Sequence record: DRR378314_2323
Strand: one strand, 5' to 3'
DNA: 47,010 nt
Positions 46,983-47,010 of the stretch are shown here, in pieces. The position numbers and the translations under genes were made by a program. The notes below the pieces were generated by a model that saw only the letters and a list, made by a program, of their open reading frames with translations, did not search any database and was not told where the DNA came from. Position 1 is the first letter of the stretch, and every line of letters starts with the position of its first letter.

Positions 46983-47010
46983 GTCGGATTACGGCTTCGC
47001 CTAATCCGAC
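46983..47010 (-). repeat. REP sequence, probably GTAG family, truncated at the window edge
   Basis: Palindrome GTCGGATTA-C-GGC-TTC-GCC-TAATCCGAC. The minus strand reads GTCGGATTAGGCGAAGCCGTAATCCGAC with a GCGAAGC-type loop. Confidence 0.75.

Overview
A GC-rich, densely coding, almost entirely housekeeping region of a marine gammaproteobacterium. Gene content, gene order and the intergenic repeats suggest Marinobacter (inference). Three conserved blocks are joined. (1) A yhdH/acuI-like oxidoreductase and sohB divergent from an SCP2 gene, then fimL, dnaQ-rnhA-methyltransferase divergent from gloB-mltD-yejABEF-fabI. (2) A PilZ + DUF1631-like gene pair divergent from a DAHP synthase. (3) A ~25 kb minus-strand run, leuC-leuD-leuB-asd-fimV-truA-trpF-trpB-trpA-accD-folC-dedD-cvpA-purF-metZ-ftsK-lolA-rarA-serS-cobA, with a divergent LysR regulator and a convergent MFS gene. 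I found no prophage, transposase, CRISPR array, rRNA/tRNA gene, defence system or frameshifted pseudogene, and I cannot honestly claim a new system. The best leads are: structured repeat elements at both window ends carrying CsrA/RsmA-type GGA hairpin loops, a GTAG-type REP, the uncharacterised DUF1631-PilZ pair, a PsrA-like operator between two divergent promoters, a CysG reduced to its methyltransferase half, and an unusual codon bias in the MFS gene. Several start codons were corrected from the supplied ORF track.
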